Below are positions 20,415 to 35,013 of a DNA stretch of 64,000 bases, in pieces. Position numbers and translations under genes: made by a program. This DNA comes from Tubiluchus corallicola (Eukaryota; Animalia; Priapulida). The DNA is taken from assembly GCA_030141605.1 (NCBI GenBank), contig JAQGDQ010000764.1, forward strand, positions 36,249 to 100,248, given 5' to 3'. Every line of letters starts with the position of its first letter. The stretch's first letter is position 1. Under the pieces are notes generated by a model. That model saw only the letters and a program-made list of their open reading frames with translations. It had not been told where the DNA came from and did not search any database.

Positions 20415-23108
20415 TGTCATTCTTACCTCTGTAAGCCAGTTTTATTAAGATGAATTATATATAAATTGTGAGCACATTGCTAAGTACATTGTGAGTTATT
20501 TTCAAGAGTAATGTTGTTTTAATTTAGGCATCTTGAAAAGGGTATTATAAGAAATTAAACCAGCCGACTACTGCTTTTAGCACCTAACTACGCTATAAAA
20601 TGTAAAGTACTTTGCGCTATTATTAACTTTTTAACAAGTAGTGATGATATATTGGGTGAAGGTGTGTTACAGCAGCAGTCAGATTTAGTGTATCGCTAAT
20701 TTTAGTTCTAAGGAAGGAGTCACTGTTCGTGTTGCATATCTTTGTAGCTCACATACTTACATTAGTACAATTTAATGTGCTCTTGTATGGGAAATGCATT
20801 GTTTTTTAAATGTCGAGTTTGTGCTATTACCAAATTAAATTCCTCATTTACTTACTTGTATAACTACTATAAATGTGTACTTGCTTAGCAAAAACATCTG
20901 GAAGTCGGCAGTGATGCTTTTAAAGTTATGCACATATTCTGAATATCTGCTTCATGAGGATCATTAGTGTACTTGCATAGCAAAAATGTCTGGAAGTCTT
21001 CAGTAATGTTTTTAAAGTTATTCACATATTCTGAATATCTGCTTCATGAGGATCATTTGTGTGCTTGCATGGCAAAATCATCCATAAGTCGGCAATTAAG
21101 CTTTTCTAGTTTTTCACATATCCTGAATCTCCATTTCATGAAGATCATTTTGATACCAAGTTTATTGCTCTGTGTTATTTCTAAGCTGAGATAATCCATG
21201 TTGAAGTTGAGGTGCGGGCTGCACAGAGAAAAACATAATCTTGAGAAAATCACTGTTAAAGTCAGCCATTGTTTTTGTTGTGCTTCTACAAAACACTTAG
21301 CAACCGTACGAATGGGTGGTTGCTATGGACTTTGCAAGAACACACAGTGAAGTTACGTTTAAATCTTGTAGAAAATTTAATTTTTAGTATTTTATAAACA
21401 ATTTCCCGATGTTTTGATGCCAGAATGTAAAGAGTCCAATTTTATTTAGCATTCGAATTGATAATTCCCACAATTTTTGATGCATTCTACTTTGAAGCAT
21501 CGTAACAGTTTTAACTATGCCGACTATGGACAGGAATGGTTTGCAAGCACACAAATAGTAATTTGTACTATATGCATAAATACTACCACAAATTCATTAG
21601 ACACGAAGGTCTAAGAAATAAGGTGCAAAGTATGTAAACAAGATTTTAATTTGGCAAGGTTTTGCATTTATTTGCTTTTAACTGAGGAAACATGAGTTTT
21701 TTTTAGCAGACCAGTATCTGTAAAGTGAATTTTTCTGTTCCCACCGTAACATGTTATTTGCTTTTTCTCCATTTTGCAAACTATCTGCTATTTCTCATTT
21801 ATTACTGCACAAAGCTTTTTCTGTGAGTGTTTAAGTGATTCATCACTGCACTGAATTTTATTAGTTGGTCACAATTGAATAATTAGTTAAATAATTTGTG
21901 ATTATTCAATATTCATTCTGTTTACGACGTGTGTAATAAGTTTACCGCGAAACTAGAAAATGTAGACTATAAGGCAGCCATTGTTTTTCCCCACTATTTA
22001 GCTGTTAAGGTGGACAAAAAGTATGCGAAAAATATGTCACCTCTTCTTTGTGCTCTTACAATACACATGTATAATTGTATATATATTACACAGAATAAAT
22101 GACACCAATATATGGTCTATAGCTTTTGAAAATCTTTTTTTTATCATCGTCATTATTATGACATGCAATTTTTATTGTACAGACTTACAAGCACAGCAGA
22201 ACAAAGTAAAAATTTAAAAAAATTTATATAAGTCAAGAAATATAACAATTCTTCGATCTGTGACACAGAAATGTAGTTCTTTACTATGTATAGTGTGACC
22301 ATTTCACTTTATTTGCAAAATTATGTCTGTTATCTAGTAAACACATCTAAAAAGCAAAAACAAGTCTACATAAATCCGTCTTGCACTGTGACAACAATAC
22401 TCAATACTATACATAAAATATAATTATATATATTATAACTAACCTACACATTAAAATTAATAGGATATAGACATACATACGCTGAATGTTAACATACATG
22501 ACGTTTGTTTGCAGAATACTAATAGACATCATACAACCTTGAATGACAATCTATATATTAACATGTGAGGCTCAAATCATGATCATTCTTATTTACTGAG
22601 TGTAAAACATCTGTAACAATTTAAACTATGTAACAATCTGTAATTTAAATTTAATAAAAACTAAAATTCATTCACTTCTAAAAACACGTCACATTTGCAC
22701 TTCTGTTGCTCAAAACTTGAGTACCCAGCTATGTTAGGACTCGGGTGCCCCAGAGCACAGTCTTATAAAATGTTAACAAAAGTTTTCTAGGCATAGTGTG
22801 AATTGTAACAATGCAGTACTCGTACTAAATTACTATTATCTTGCTAGTGTAAAACATCTATACATCTGAAAGTTACATTAGCATTTGCAAATCTGAACTA
22901 ACTTCATGCTGGTGAAGTAAAAAAAAGATTTTACAATTTCAGAATATACAGTGTACTTTTACTATACAAGTGGTAAGATGTTTAGTGGCAAAGTGAACAG
23001 TTGTTCCACTATTGAAATTGACATGCATGGATATAAGTTAATTTGTGCACCAGCTGCACAATTGTCATTTGTCTTTTTTGCAAAAAGAGGTAAAAATAAC
23101 TATAACTG

Positions 23109-23354
23109 TCATGAGATTATGCCTTGTACTAAATGTACCAGCAATAGTATTGTCGAGGCGCCTACTAGTGACAAATTTATGTGTAGTATCGTTGCTCTGC
23201 CTGCTCTCCCAACATTACAAAGTGTTTCCGTGCAACATGTTGTACATTTACCCATCACATAACGGTTTCCTGCTGATACGCAACCAGGCTCGCACTGTGC
23301 GGCACAGGAGCGCTCAAACAAGTCAGTCACATTGTTTGTATACCTCCTCTTGAC
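23109..23354 (-). CDS. Duplicated alternative terminal exon B of the quiver-like gene (isoform B, 149 aa)
   Basis: tattacag|GTC.. phase 0. Reads VKRRYTNNVTDLFERSCAAQCEPGCVSAGNRYVMGKCTTCCTETLCNVG plus a hydrophobic tail. All 7 Cys align with exon A and there are no stops. Confidence 0.85.
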   Translation of the reverse strand, partial: VKRRYTNNVTDLFERSCAAQCEPGCVSAGNRYVMGKCTTCCTETLCNVGRAGRATILHINLSLVGASTILLLVHLVQGIIS

Positions 23355-23432
23355 CTGTAATATTATACAAGATATGTCTACGTCCATTTAAAAAAGTTTG
23401 CCATGTGTTGTACATTTCATCTTCTCTACGGG

Positions 23433-26149
23433 TCACGAGCGCTTACTGAAAAGTCTCATGCATGATAAAACAAGCATTGCAGAAGTTGCTAAAATGCGCA
23501 TTGAAGCTGCAGTCATTGTTGGGGAACCACTGCCAACATTGCAATAGCTTTCTCCGCAACACGATGTACATCGGCCGAGGACATAGCGATTCGAATTTCC
23601 AGCAGAAACGCAACCAGCATTGCAGGTTTCATCGCATCCTCGCTCAAACGCATCAATGTATGTCGCGTTTTCCTTATTGACAAAGCGTCTCTCGACCTGA
23701 AAAATGAAACCTTGCAACAGAAAAGAATAGAAAATAAAAAAGGTAGAGAGAACTGAAGGAAGCACAGCTGTAGCTCTAGAAAAAAAAAACAAAATAAAAA
23801 CAGCCTATTTGTCGTGCTAACATCACATTACTGCCACAATGGAAAAGCAGATCAGAAAAGTTTAAATGACAGTAAGAATGAAACAAGGTTACATGGAAAG
23901 CAGATGGAAAAAGATAAACATTTCACATCAGAATGTTTTTATCTCGGTGATTCCAGCCTCTAAACATGCAAGCTTAAAAAGAACTCTTATTTGAATTTCC
24001 AGCTGAAAGTCCTTCAGCACAGTCATTCACCTGACTAAGAAAGTGTTTTCAGTGCACAAATTGTTACTTTCCATACTTGTACGTGGAAACCCAATGTATT
24101 AGCAAATAAATAAAATGTAAATTACAACTTCTTAATTATAGAAAATGCTCGATATAATAACAATATCAATACTTTTAATACATTTGTAGGCGGTAGAGTA
24201 CGCCACTAGCTGTTTAGGACACTTCCGCTAAAGTGCATGTGCTGAATTTGCGGAAAAGCAGTGTCGTACATGGGCAGTCCAAGTAGGGCACTGGCGATTT
24301 CTGTCGAGAAGGGAGAGTTATGATATAATAAAATGTAAAACTAAATATGTTTTTGCATGTATGTGTGTAAATATGTTATAAAAAAAGTAACTTTATAACA
24401 ATGATGGACAGTCCTTGACAATTTACAAAATAACCTATTTTTTACAATAATAATATCAGCATTATTATTAGCTCCACTAACATCATCATAACATTAAACT
24501 AAGTGTCTGATGCTTTAAAGAGAGAAACTATGTAGGGGCACGTAGCTCGCTAGCCTGTTCACTTAGAAGAAAACAATTATTTGTCCAAGAGGTAGTGAAA
24601 CGGATCACGTACCTGTTTGTAAAGCTAGACATAATAAAAAATTATATACCTTAAGCAAATGTTAAAATCGCCTAAAAAGCAGGCTTATTTCACTTCATAA
24701 ATATTAATATCGAAGCCAAGTTGGCCGTTCTACTAGCTCAGAATAAAATTATTTTATTTTATCAGATGTGTAATAAATTACTCAATGTGTATTGACATTT
24801 TCAATTATTTTTATTAAATAAACAAGGACAACGGACGCTGCTAGTACGGTTAACGACTCACTTCATGACCTGTCTCTAGTGTCCTATTTGGGCAGCCCAT
24901 GTACGATGCGTCCTACTTGGGCTAGCGAATGTACGCCAATTGTCCTACTTCAGCTAGTGTCCTAACGGCTCTGCTTACAACACATTTACATGGTGAAATC
25001 AGTTGTGAGCGAACAGCAAATGTGTTACAGATTTCGCAGTACACACCTTGCAGTACGTTTGCGTGATGTCACAGCTTCTCTGTTCAAGAAGTGACGTGTC
25101 TTGCATCGTTATGCAGTTCATACCATGCGTCTGTTTTGTGCAGCTCCAGCACGTCAAATTAAACTTTGGGACAACTTTCTGTGATCCAGCTAAAGAAAAG
25201 GGTAATTTTTTGTAAGAAAATCAAACAAACTTGCTCCACCGAATATTAATCATTAAGCGGCCAACTTACATCTATTGTCAGCTAAGTTTCTGACAATATG
25301 AGTTTTCGTACCACTAGACAGTCAAATTTACCTATTATCCCTACTGCAAAATCAAATTCTGGCACAAGACGGTTCATAGCCGAACAATCAGTCATAACCA
25401 AATTAAATAAAATTACAAAATTTGAAATATATTTAAAAAGAAACTCAGGGAATTAATTACAATGCATTTTCTTTTCTTTTAACTTTTCAATTTTTATAAC
25501 CACACTTTTATGTTATATTAATTGGGATGTTCTCAATTTTTTATATTGATCATTATACATTTTTAGTTCTATGTACTGTACACTATGCAAAAAACCTCAT
25601 TTATGGGGATTACACTTGTAAAAATAAATAAATAAATGGCCCGCCATGTCATAACGTTAAAATTTTGTGAAATGTGACATTAAGTTTGGCTCTTTGAAAC
25701 TGCTGAAGCAATCTCTTATTAAAATAATGTAGCAATGTTTTAATGAGAATAAAAGACATTTAAGTTTTGCAACGACTGTCCCTGCTTCAATATACGAATG
25801 ATGTGCTCTATAAATAATCACCAAATGAAGGCATAAAAATACGTTTTGCAACGACTGTCCCTGCTTCAATATACGAATGATGTGCTCTATAAATAATCAC
25901 CAAATGAAGGCATAAAAATACATGTGTACTAGCGATATCAAATAAGTAAACTGGAAGATTAACATGTTTTACAACAAGTATATACATCTGCAAAATTCGT
26001 TGTCTTGTTCGAAATTATATAACAGCTTCTAATAATACAAGTAAAACGCCTGTTTCCATTCTGAAATTAAATGTATTTCTAACTTTACCTATGCAGATGA
26101 TGCCATACAGCACGACGAACATCAAGAAAAGTCCCGCATTCGCCAGCAT
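23433..26149 (-). CDS. Quiver/sleepless-like Ly6/uPAR three-finger protein, isoform A (155 aa, predicted GPI anchor)
   Basis: Exon 26149-26089 is a signal peptide (MLANAGLFLMFVVLYGIICI). Exon 25189-25047 reads LTCWSC...NC...SC...YCK. Exon 23696-23433 reads ERGCDETCNAGC...CTSCC..SYCN plus a hydrophobic tail. Phases match (1, then 0) and the 12-Cys pattern ending CC-x4-CN fits the QVR family. An acceptor at 26178-26179 implies an upstream UTR exon. Confidence 0.88.
25765..25922. repeat. ~78-bp direct duplication
   Basis: ttttgcaacgactgtccctgcttcaatatacgaatgatgtgctc... occurs twice. Confidence 0.85.
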
Positions 26150-26299
26150 TTTTACAATTCGTAATTTGGTGGCTACCCTGTGGTGAAAAATTTGTCGTTG
26201 GCTGCTTGGTCTAAGTTTTGCTCACATTAGCTCCTGTGTGTTACACCTTGAAATAATAAAATATAGCATTTCAGTATATGCATACACATGTTTTTGATC

Positions 26300-27560
26300 A
26301 GTGATGGATCCCCAGTTCTTGATCATGTTGGTGGTGTTGGTGATTGTTGCTACATTTATCTTTGAAAGCTGTCATAGTTCCCAGTTTTATCGTAGGAGCC
26401 TGAAATCTTGCATAAAGATACTATAGACCACTTGCCTAACATGCCCCTCAAGTATGTCTGGTTAATTTAGATCATGCCCGTTAAATGGATATTGTTATGG
26501 TTTCTCCCATTCTAATGTAAAAACGGATCTGCCCCAACAATTCTAAGTTTTTATGAAAGTATGGATTCTATGACAATGGTGAATGCTTTCGATCTTTCCA
26601 TAAATTTCTTGTGGAAACCATTAATTTTATCAGAAATGAGCAATTAGAAGTGACAAATTTTTGCATAAAAATATTTTATAGACCAATTTGCAGACGACAA
26701 TGAACCAGATTTTTTACTTTCCTAACATGCCCCTCAAATATGTCTGGTTAACTGGATCATGCCCGTTAAATGGATATTGTTATGGTTTCTCCCATTCCAA
26801 TGTAAAAATGGATTTGCCCAAACAATTCTAAGTTTTTATGAAAGTATGGATTCTATGACAATGGTAAATGCTTTCCATCTTTCCTTAAATTTCTTACGGA
26901 AACAATTAACCTTGTCAGAAATGAGCCATTAGCTGTGTCAGATCCAAGCATTCCAACTGTTTCACTGTTACGTTTTCGATTGACATGCTTTCCAGAATTT
27001 TGCTACAGACCCACAAATGGCTTCTTATGTAAGAGATAACTGACAGCTCCAAAAATTGCGAAACCAGCTACAGAAATCAATAAATAAGTTTGACGCCAAG
27101 TGCTGCTATATTAAAGCAATCGTTTAGCCGTCTGGGTCTGGGTTGCACTAAAGCTGCATTTTATGTTTGTGCAAAACGAGTGGCTGAAATTACATTCAAT
27201 TCTCCACTGTAATAAACTCTGTTCATTGCATTCAATTCATTCCATGCTGATGGAAAATTCTCTTGATGTCTTTCAAATACAAGTACATCTTACTGGTTTG
27301 AAAATATTGCTTTGAAAAAGGGAGTGCCCAAGTGCCCCTTTGTATGTTACATTTCGTATTACAATGACAGAATGACAGTGTAGTACCAATGATTACATCT
27401 CATTATTACTACCCGTTTTGTCTGTTGTTCAGTTTAGGTAGCCTTCCAAGTCATTTAGTGGCTCAACTGATTTGATTTTGGTTAATAATTGTACGATGAC
27501 TGAGTGATTCTACGGTAGCACCATCTTACTGTCATTAGATAAAAAGGTCCTGCATGCACA
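26300..27560 (-). mobile_element. Highly decayed CR1/L2-like reverse transcriptase remnant with an internal ~290-bp duplication (26434-26935)
   Basis: Broken frames LLTKIKS.. and NNRQ.RVVI.. recall the LINE RT segment LL.KL...L..R.QRV.ING. The duplication is read directly. Confidence 0.4.
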
Positions 27561-30064
27561 AATTGCAAATGTCTTTGTTTAGCTTCATATAAGCTCACCA
27601 TGTGCCCAAATAGTATTTCTTACACCAAATGTCTCTAGGAGCATTTCAGTCCCATTAACCCAAGAAATAGAATACATCTCGGTCAGACCAGAAGCAGTTG
27701 CTCAGGCCAACTTGTCATTAATTTCGATTAGTAGCTGGGTTACTAGAGGCATTAAGAGCATATCAGGACCTTTCTTATTATTACTAGATTTATTGAGCTT
27801 GCTGTTATTAGGCTTTGTTATAATCTGTTACAGGAAATCTGAATTCAGAGTAGGTCCAGTTTTAAATCTTCTGTCCTTATCAAGGCTGTCAAGCATTATT
27901 AGGTTAAGAATTAAATTGCTACAGATTACTCGATTCAAAAAGGCCTTAAAAATAAAAAATGTCGTATCATTTGTAGTATCCATTGTTTCTGTTTGTCGGC
28001 ATCGCAGGGCTTGTAGCAGAATTTGTGGCAAAGAGTAGATCTGTTATAGTTAGTAATAGCATTGCGATTTTTATTGCATTCCGTAGGCCCGACCATACTA
28101 AGCTCATGGCAGAATTTGACACGTTATTGTATTCGCAGTGGGCTTGTTATTTTATGTCTTTACACTATGATCAGACCCATGCAGAAATCTACCACTTGAT
28201 CAGTACACTTAGTAAGCCTAATAAATGCAAACCTTATTCCCGTCAGATGATGCACACTTGTATGCATTAGAATGACATTACGTTACGATAATAATAATAT
28301 TTTTGTACAGATCAGCATGCTGTAGAGCAGAAGCCATACTCGACGGCAGGGCATATAGTGCTAATGTTGGGCGGTGGGTGGACCTCACATAGCTAAATAT
28401 CAATGATAATCCTTTCAGATGAGACACTGCATGTTAGCAATTAGTGATGGATAGCATGTTAGATTGATAAATGAGAGTTAATGACATAGCATAGCCAAAG
28501 CGTGACTTTTTGACTAGAGGATGATGGGCATAAAAATTATCTCGTTCAAAATAGACAGAAGCATTAAATAAAAATTCAGTGCTATATAAGTATAGAAAAT
28601 ATACTAGGCTTATATTAAATTTTAATCAGCAGACATGGAATGAATTTCTTCAATGATATTGGTTCAGTCTATAAAAACTACTAAACTGTTTTTTTTACAG
28701 AAACCAAACTCAAAATAGCGTCATTAACAATTGTTTTTTTCCTAAAATGAACCCTGACGATTTCGTTCCCTTTCCACAGGCTTACCTCGTTTCAAAATCT
28801 AACATTCTTATTTATCAGATGATGCACATCTATTTGCACATCTATTTGCATTACACATCTATTTGCAGGCTTAGTACATCAATGTTAAAAATGAAATCTA
28901 TGTAATCACGCGTCTGTACACAATTACACAAAAATATTAGCAACTGCATTAAATTATATACAAAAAATGCATATGTATAAACAAATACGTTAAAATGCAA
29001 AAGACATTATACGAAAACATTTAGGAAGTGAGTCCCATTGTAAGACCACAATTTCTAAAGGTGTAACAAGTTGTAACTAATGATCAAATTCATTATGCAC
29101 TGTGATTGTTGTTCATTAAAATCTCTATAACTTTAATAATTAGGTAAGCTAATGACGATACATAAACAAGAGCATCCTAGAAGTTTAAATAGTCGTTCTA
29201 TAAATGAAAGTTATTCTGGCGACTGGTTAATGATTTGCCAATGTGCTTGTCTTTCAATAAATCCAAAAATGCTATAATTACACTTTTGTCCTGCTTTAAA
29301 AATATCTGTTTACTGGTCACAAAACTGTAACATAAAATGTCTCCTCTTTCTTTGATTGACCAATGGGCAACAACATACTAAATGATTTACCATCTGAGAG
29401 CACAGTCATAATTCATTTTCGGTTTATTCCAATACGGTTCAAAATTTCAAAAATCGATCATAAAGTCTCCTTATTTAGTAAGAAAGCAAGTTGTCACAGT
29501 CTAATAGTCTGCCCGAGAATTTTAACAGAGTTAATTCAAAATTTTTGCCAAATATGGTAGGACACAGGCAGTGTAACTATGGCTAGTTTAGAAAATTTAA
29601 GAAGGATTTTCACCAAAACACACATCGTCTATATGTAAAGGTATTAGCAAACCGGCAACACTGCTGTGGCGTAAAATTACATAAACAACACATGATTCGT
29701 AACAAACTAATTATCCTATTATTCTCTTAATATTTAAACCAAATTTCTTGAAAATTTTCTTACACAGTGAACGAACGGAACAATTGCATAATATCCTAGC
29801 TATATAATAAACGTTGTAGCATAACCTGATTTTCTGATAACGTTATTGAAATGCATTTACTACTTTAATGCATTCTTAACATTACTAAAACCTATGGGTA
29901 TAATGGAAGTATTATACAAGTATATGCACTAACATTGCCAAGTAGTTAACATTGTAACATCGCAACATGTTATATTGATTAATGGCGAAGTCGTCACGAC
30001 AAGATTGGTAAAAACGACGCATAGACAGTGCACATTTTTATTAAAAATAAGATTACAGACTTAC

Positions 30065-30260
30065 TTCCTAACTTGTCAAGCGTTCACTCTAGTTTTTACT
30101 TTTCTGTAAATTCATTCTTCTACACTACATTATCTTTGCATTCACACGTTGTCAGTATTGCTGTGAAGTGCATGTCCGCCATCCAGATATTCCGTCATAA
30201 GAGTCATGGTTCCGTGGCTGTGCATTACAGCTACCGCGTATCAAGCAATCAATAACAGCC
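30065..30260 (-). other. Probable non-coding first exon and promoter region of the quiver-like gene
   Basis: Consensus minus-strand donor GGAA|gtaagt at 30064-30059 next to a locally CpG-richer stretch. Pairing it with the 26178 acceptor is inference, and the 5' boundary is approximate. Confidence 0.4.
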
Positions 30261-33200
30261 AGAAAGAAGCTGACGGTCGCGATAAACTTGTCCTCATCAC
30301 AGAAGATGAAGCCACTCGTCTAGAATACAGCCGTGTCATGAGACCCGACGGGGTTATGGGAATTTTGAACAGCTCAGCTGAAATTAGTCTGATGGTATGC
30401 GGAAGAAGCTGTTCTAAAAGTAATTTGGTATCGACAATACAAATATTATATTGTCCCCAATACAGAAGCTGAAAGTAGCCGCCTCTCGCGAACCCGACTG
30501 GGTTGTGGGAGTTTTGAGCAATTGACTGAGATGGGCGCTATAGAAAACTAATCTGATAAGATGTGGAAAAAGCTTTGCTAAACTAAGCTTTTTTGGATCG
30601 ACTATACGAGTATTATATTAGCAAGAAGTGTGACATACACAACATTTAGCGAGTTTTGCACCAAAGCAATGTTGCTGACGCTGAAAAAATGCCTCTAAAA
30701 TTTCTGCGAGTTTAAGAACTTGAGTTAATTTAGTCCTACACCATTTTTATATCATCACGTTTGGTGAGCATTTGACTAACAACGATAAAAGCACTGACTA
30801 ACATCTGCATGACAACCTAAATCCATTCCTCAAGATACGGGGGCTGTTGTGTTTAAAAGATGTAAATTTAATGATGTGTACAAATTTTTGCGTGTATTCT
30901 GCTTGGTGATAAAGTTAGAGTATCTTGTTGTGAACGAGTAATGTTTAATGTCATCAATGGTTGCTTTTATATCAATGTAGATATCTGTGATAATCAAGTT
31001 GGACTCAGTATTACGTAACAAACTTGTTTATATTTTCCGATGCGTCACGTCATGAGTTAGTAGTTAACACACAATGGGATTTGAACAAAAGCTGTTTACC
31101 ACAGCTGAATACGTGTCATAAGCAGCTTTTTGCCCATGCTACAAGTGTCACAGGTGTGCCACAAGTGTCATATATTGGCAGTTTTCTCAGCAGTCGCCAT
31201 TCCTTAGCTATACATTGTGTTGAAAATGTCTCTCTTCTGAAGCAGCTGACTTTTTATTGCAATTGATGTTCTGAATCTGGTATGATAGTGTGGCCTATGA
31301 AACACTTATGAGATCTGGATGGGTGATGGTGTAGTGGTAACAGTCTTGGTGTGTAGATGTCGCTTTGTGTCATTTTGCGCTGCTTTTAGTGGTACATCAT
31401 ATCCACAGTGGACTGTCAGACATGTATTTGCCCATATCAAGTGTGGGAAACTATATTGGTGTAACTAAGTTACATCACACAGAAGGAAGGGCGCTGGTTG
31501 AATATGGATCAACTAGTCTTCATAGTGTCCTATAGGCAGAGATAAGTCTATTTCCTTTCATGCTTAATTTGTACTGCGAATTAATAGATTAGGTTTTTAT
31601 TATTTAACTGTAATTTCGCGTTGCTGTTTGTAATGTTGTGGTTAGTTTGTCATGTCGCCTGCCAGCACGTCACAATTCAATCACCCCCAAAGTAAAGCGC
31701 GAAGTTGGCGCGAAGCCCCCCTGAAAGGTGAGGCCCCAGGAAAGTATCCCCGTTCCCCACCCCCACTTGAAATAGGCCCGGTTGTACAAAGTTTTATAAC
31801 TTAAGCAAAAAGTGCAGGTTCTTCACCATTCTGCTAGACAATTATATCGCGATCCATAGCGCGTAATCCATTTTGTTTTTTACTTATTTGGCTGTTTTGC
31901 ATTATTTTTGGGCTAGTAGCGACTTTCTGAATTCAAGAAGATCCGGTTGATTGTTTTTTTTATTTGTATAATGAATCTTATGATGAAATCTTATGTTAAT
32001 ACAATTGCATGAATGGCATTATTTTATTATCACTCGGGGATCACGTTGCTAGAGGCTGATAGGTAAAACGCTAATAAAGAATCCAAACATTATACTGCCC
32101 GTTCTGCTTACTGCACAACAAAGCACGTTCTGATCACTTTTCTGGTCACGGTTAAATATTTAAAAGATTCTATTACAATATAACGCATTAATGCAGTGTT
32201 TTCGTATTAGAATTGAAATACACAATATAAGCGTATAATACGGCTACGTTTTATTAGTGTTATAAACAATCTGGCATTTTATTCGCGGAAAAATGTAAAT
32301 ATTATGGCAGCCTGTCAGATACCGAAGTCGGAATAGAATAAAAGCAGAAAAGTTCTAGCTTTGCTGCTTACTCTGAGCTCGAAAACATCAAACTTTTTCT
32401 TGAAGTCTAAGTAAAGATTCTGTCCGCTTTTATTGACCAACATTAATCACGCACAATAAAAGTTAAATAAGAAAAACTTGTTGCAACTTTTTAAAGATGC
32501 TTGTACGGGAAGGTGTTGGGTATCAAATAAAATACCCTGACAAAATTTGCAAAGATGGGTCATGTGATGTGATAAAATATTTAATAAGGATTCCTTGGAG
32601 TAAGTAAATCCCAATAGGAAGACTGTATTGGGGTGTGATTTAAGGTTACCGCAAAAAATCTCCACTTCCTACAGCTACATAAGATTTTGACCCTACAAAA
32701 ACACAAGGGGTCAACTGGTGGAGTGTATACATATAGCTACTGGAAAGGCCAAATACTACTCTCAAGTTTGGTTGAATAAACATCGTGGGCAATTTGACAC
32801 TAACAAGTGTGATGTGCTGTACTTCAGAACGTAGAAGCACAAAGATAATGAAGAATGGCTTAAAAGAGATTTACAAAATAAGGACTAAAACATACATACA
32901 ATTGAAGAAATATTATAACACTACAAACACGAGTCCAGACACCAAATAAGGGCTACAGCTATATTCTTAATACGTTGGTATTAAAGCAAACCATTTAGTG
33001 GTTTGAATTAAAAGTTTTAACTAATTAGTACTTAAAATGCACCATATCATCCAGGATGAACGTCTCATTTTCAGTGATGCGCTTAATGTATTCTAGTTTG
33101 TTCGTCATAACTAAAAAAGCTTATTCTTAATAAAAAAGGAGAGTTGTAGTGGCAGTTTGAAACAGAGCGCTTTTTGCTTTTTATTGTGGGATTTTTTATT

Positions 33201-35013
33201 CTTATCATATAACACATTACTTTCGCCTGGATGTGTGTGTGTGCATGTGTGTATATTTAAATATATTTTGATATATGTAAACCTTTTATATGTAAACAAT
33301 ATCAAAATTCATGCACTTTACATGCAGTTTTGTGCCTCTAAATAACTGAAATTATGCTTTTTATTGCTAAGATTTTTGTTTTACTACTGTGCAAGATTTT
33401 CGTTGAAGGATTCAGGTTGCATAAAAAAATTGGTTATTTTTCCGCTTAACTTTAGTCCCATGAAACTGGATAGTAATTTCATTGCAATATGAGTGAAAAG
33501 ACCTAGAATTTTACATTTACAGGTTTGTGCAGCATTGGAATTTTTTTCATCACAAAAAAACTTTCACTCACGAAGTTTTTTATTTTAGGAATGAAATATT
33601 GAGCATACACTAAACTGATAAAACAATTTTATTAATTCACCTCTACAGGTTTTTTAATTTGATTGATTTGATTGATTGATTTATCGTTAATTCCAAACTT
33701 AAAGTTCACATTCAAAATACAGTTACAACAAGAAATAACCATTCAAGAACACACACAGAAACTCATATAAACACATTTATAATGACAAATTAATATTCTA
33801 GCAGCCAAAGTTGCTTAATTGAGTAGCCTTATGAGTTTAGGTAGGCAAATTAATATTCTAAAGGCTAAAATTGTTTATTGAGTACTGTTATGAGAGTAGG
33901 TATTGTATTGGTACTGAATTAACTTGAAAAAGAACAACATAATAATTCAAATAAATAAATTCAATTCTCGCACAGCCTGTCCACATACACAGTGAGTTGG
34001 TAGAGGGTGGTGTGCTGTCCTGTATTCTGTCTATGTAGCATCTCTTTATTTCTCATCAACTATGCCACGTCATATAGGATCTTCATTATTTTTTTTATTT
34101 TATTTTTTACAACTTTATTCTTTCTTCTTTTTTAATAAAAAAGCCGTGTCTCCAGAAATGACAAAATGTTCAAATTATTGTTTAACGATGTTTCAAATTA
34201 TTATAACATTAATAAAGCCAATATGACTGTGAGCTATAGCGATGTTACAACGTAAGACATGTAATAATCGTAACGGCTTGTTAGGTTTTGTCTATCAACT
34301 TTAAAAAATTGATTCTTCTAATTTTTTAATCCATAGGTCATTTCCAAACATCGCGTATTCAATTTATTAGACTAAATAATGAAAACGTAATTCCATAATT
34401 CATTTCTATTTGTCGAGAAGTTTCTGAAACTTACCGAATTTTGTGAGTACAATAACTTCTCATTCAACTTAATGTTAACTTTGCTATTGGTTTTACTGCT
34501 TCATATTATCCTGTATTATTCTGGTTTTGCACAGCTGTTAAGTACTATAGTATAAAATAAAATTCTGACATTGTACTTGGTCATTTCCTTGCTATCAGTG
34601 CTCTTAACCACTTGCTTATTAATATCTTATAAATTGCAGCAATCTCGTGAAAATCATGATTTTTCTTCTCTTACTGTGTTTGTATTAAACTTAATAGTTT
34701 TGGTTGTACTAGTGAATAAGTTTGTTGTTATTATTGTGGTGGCCACATTTTGCATGATTGTTGAGTTGTTTGGTAATGAATATTTTTTATGTTCATGATT
34801 AAGTACTACAGAACAGAAAGACAGACAAATGCAATTATAATCAAAACTAAAATTAAATTAAAATTAAAACGAAATTAAAGTTTTTGATACCATCCATCGT
34901 ACAAAAAATGCAAAATCTGTGGGCAAAATACTTGACTTGATTAACTGCTAATAAGGTCATTGTTATTTGAATAAAGTGAACAAAGGCAAAAACTAACAAA
35001 AAAAATATCAAAT

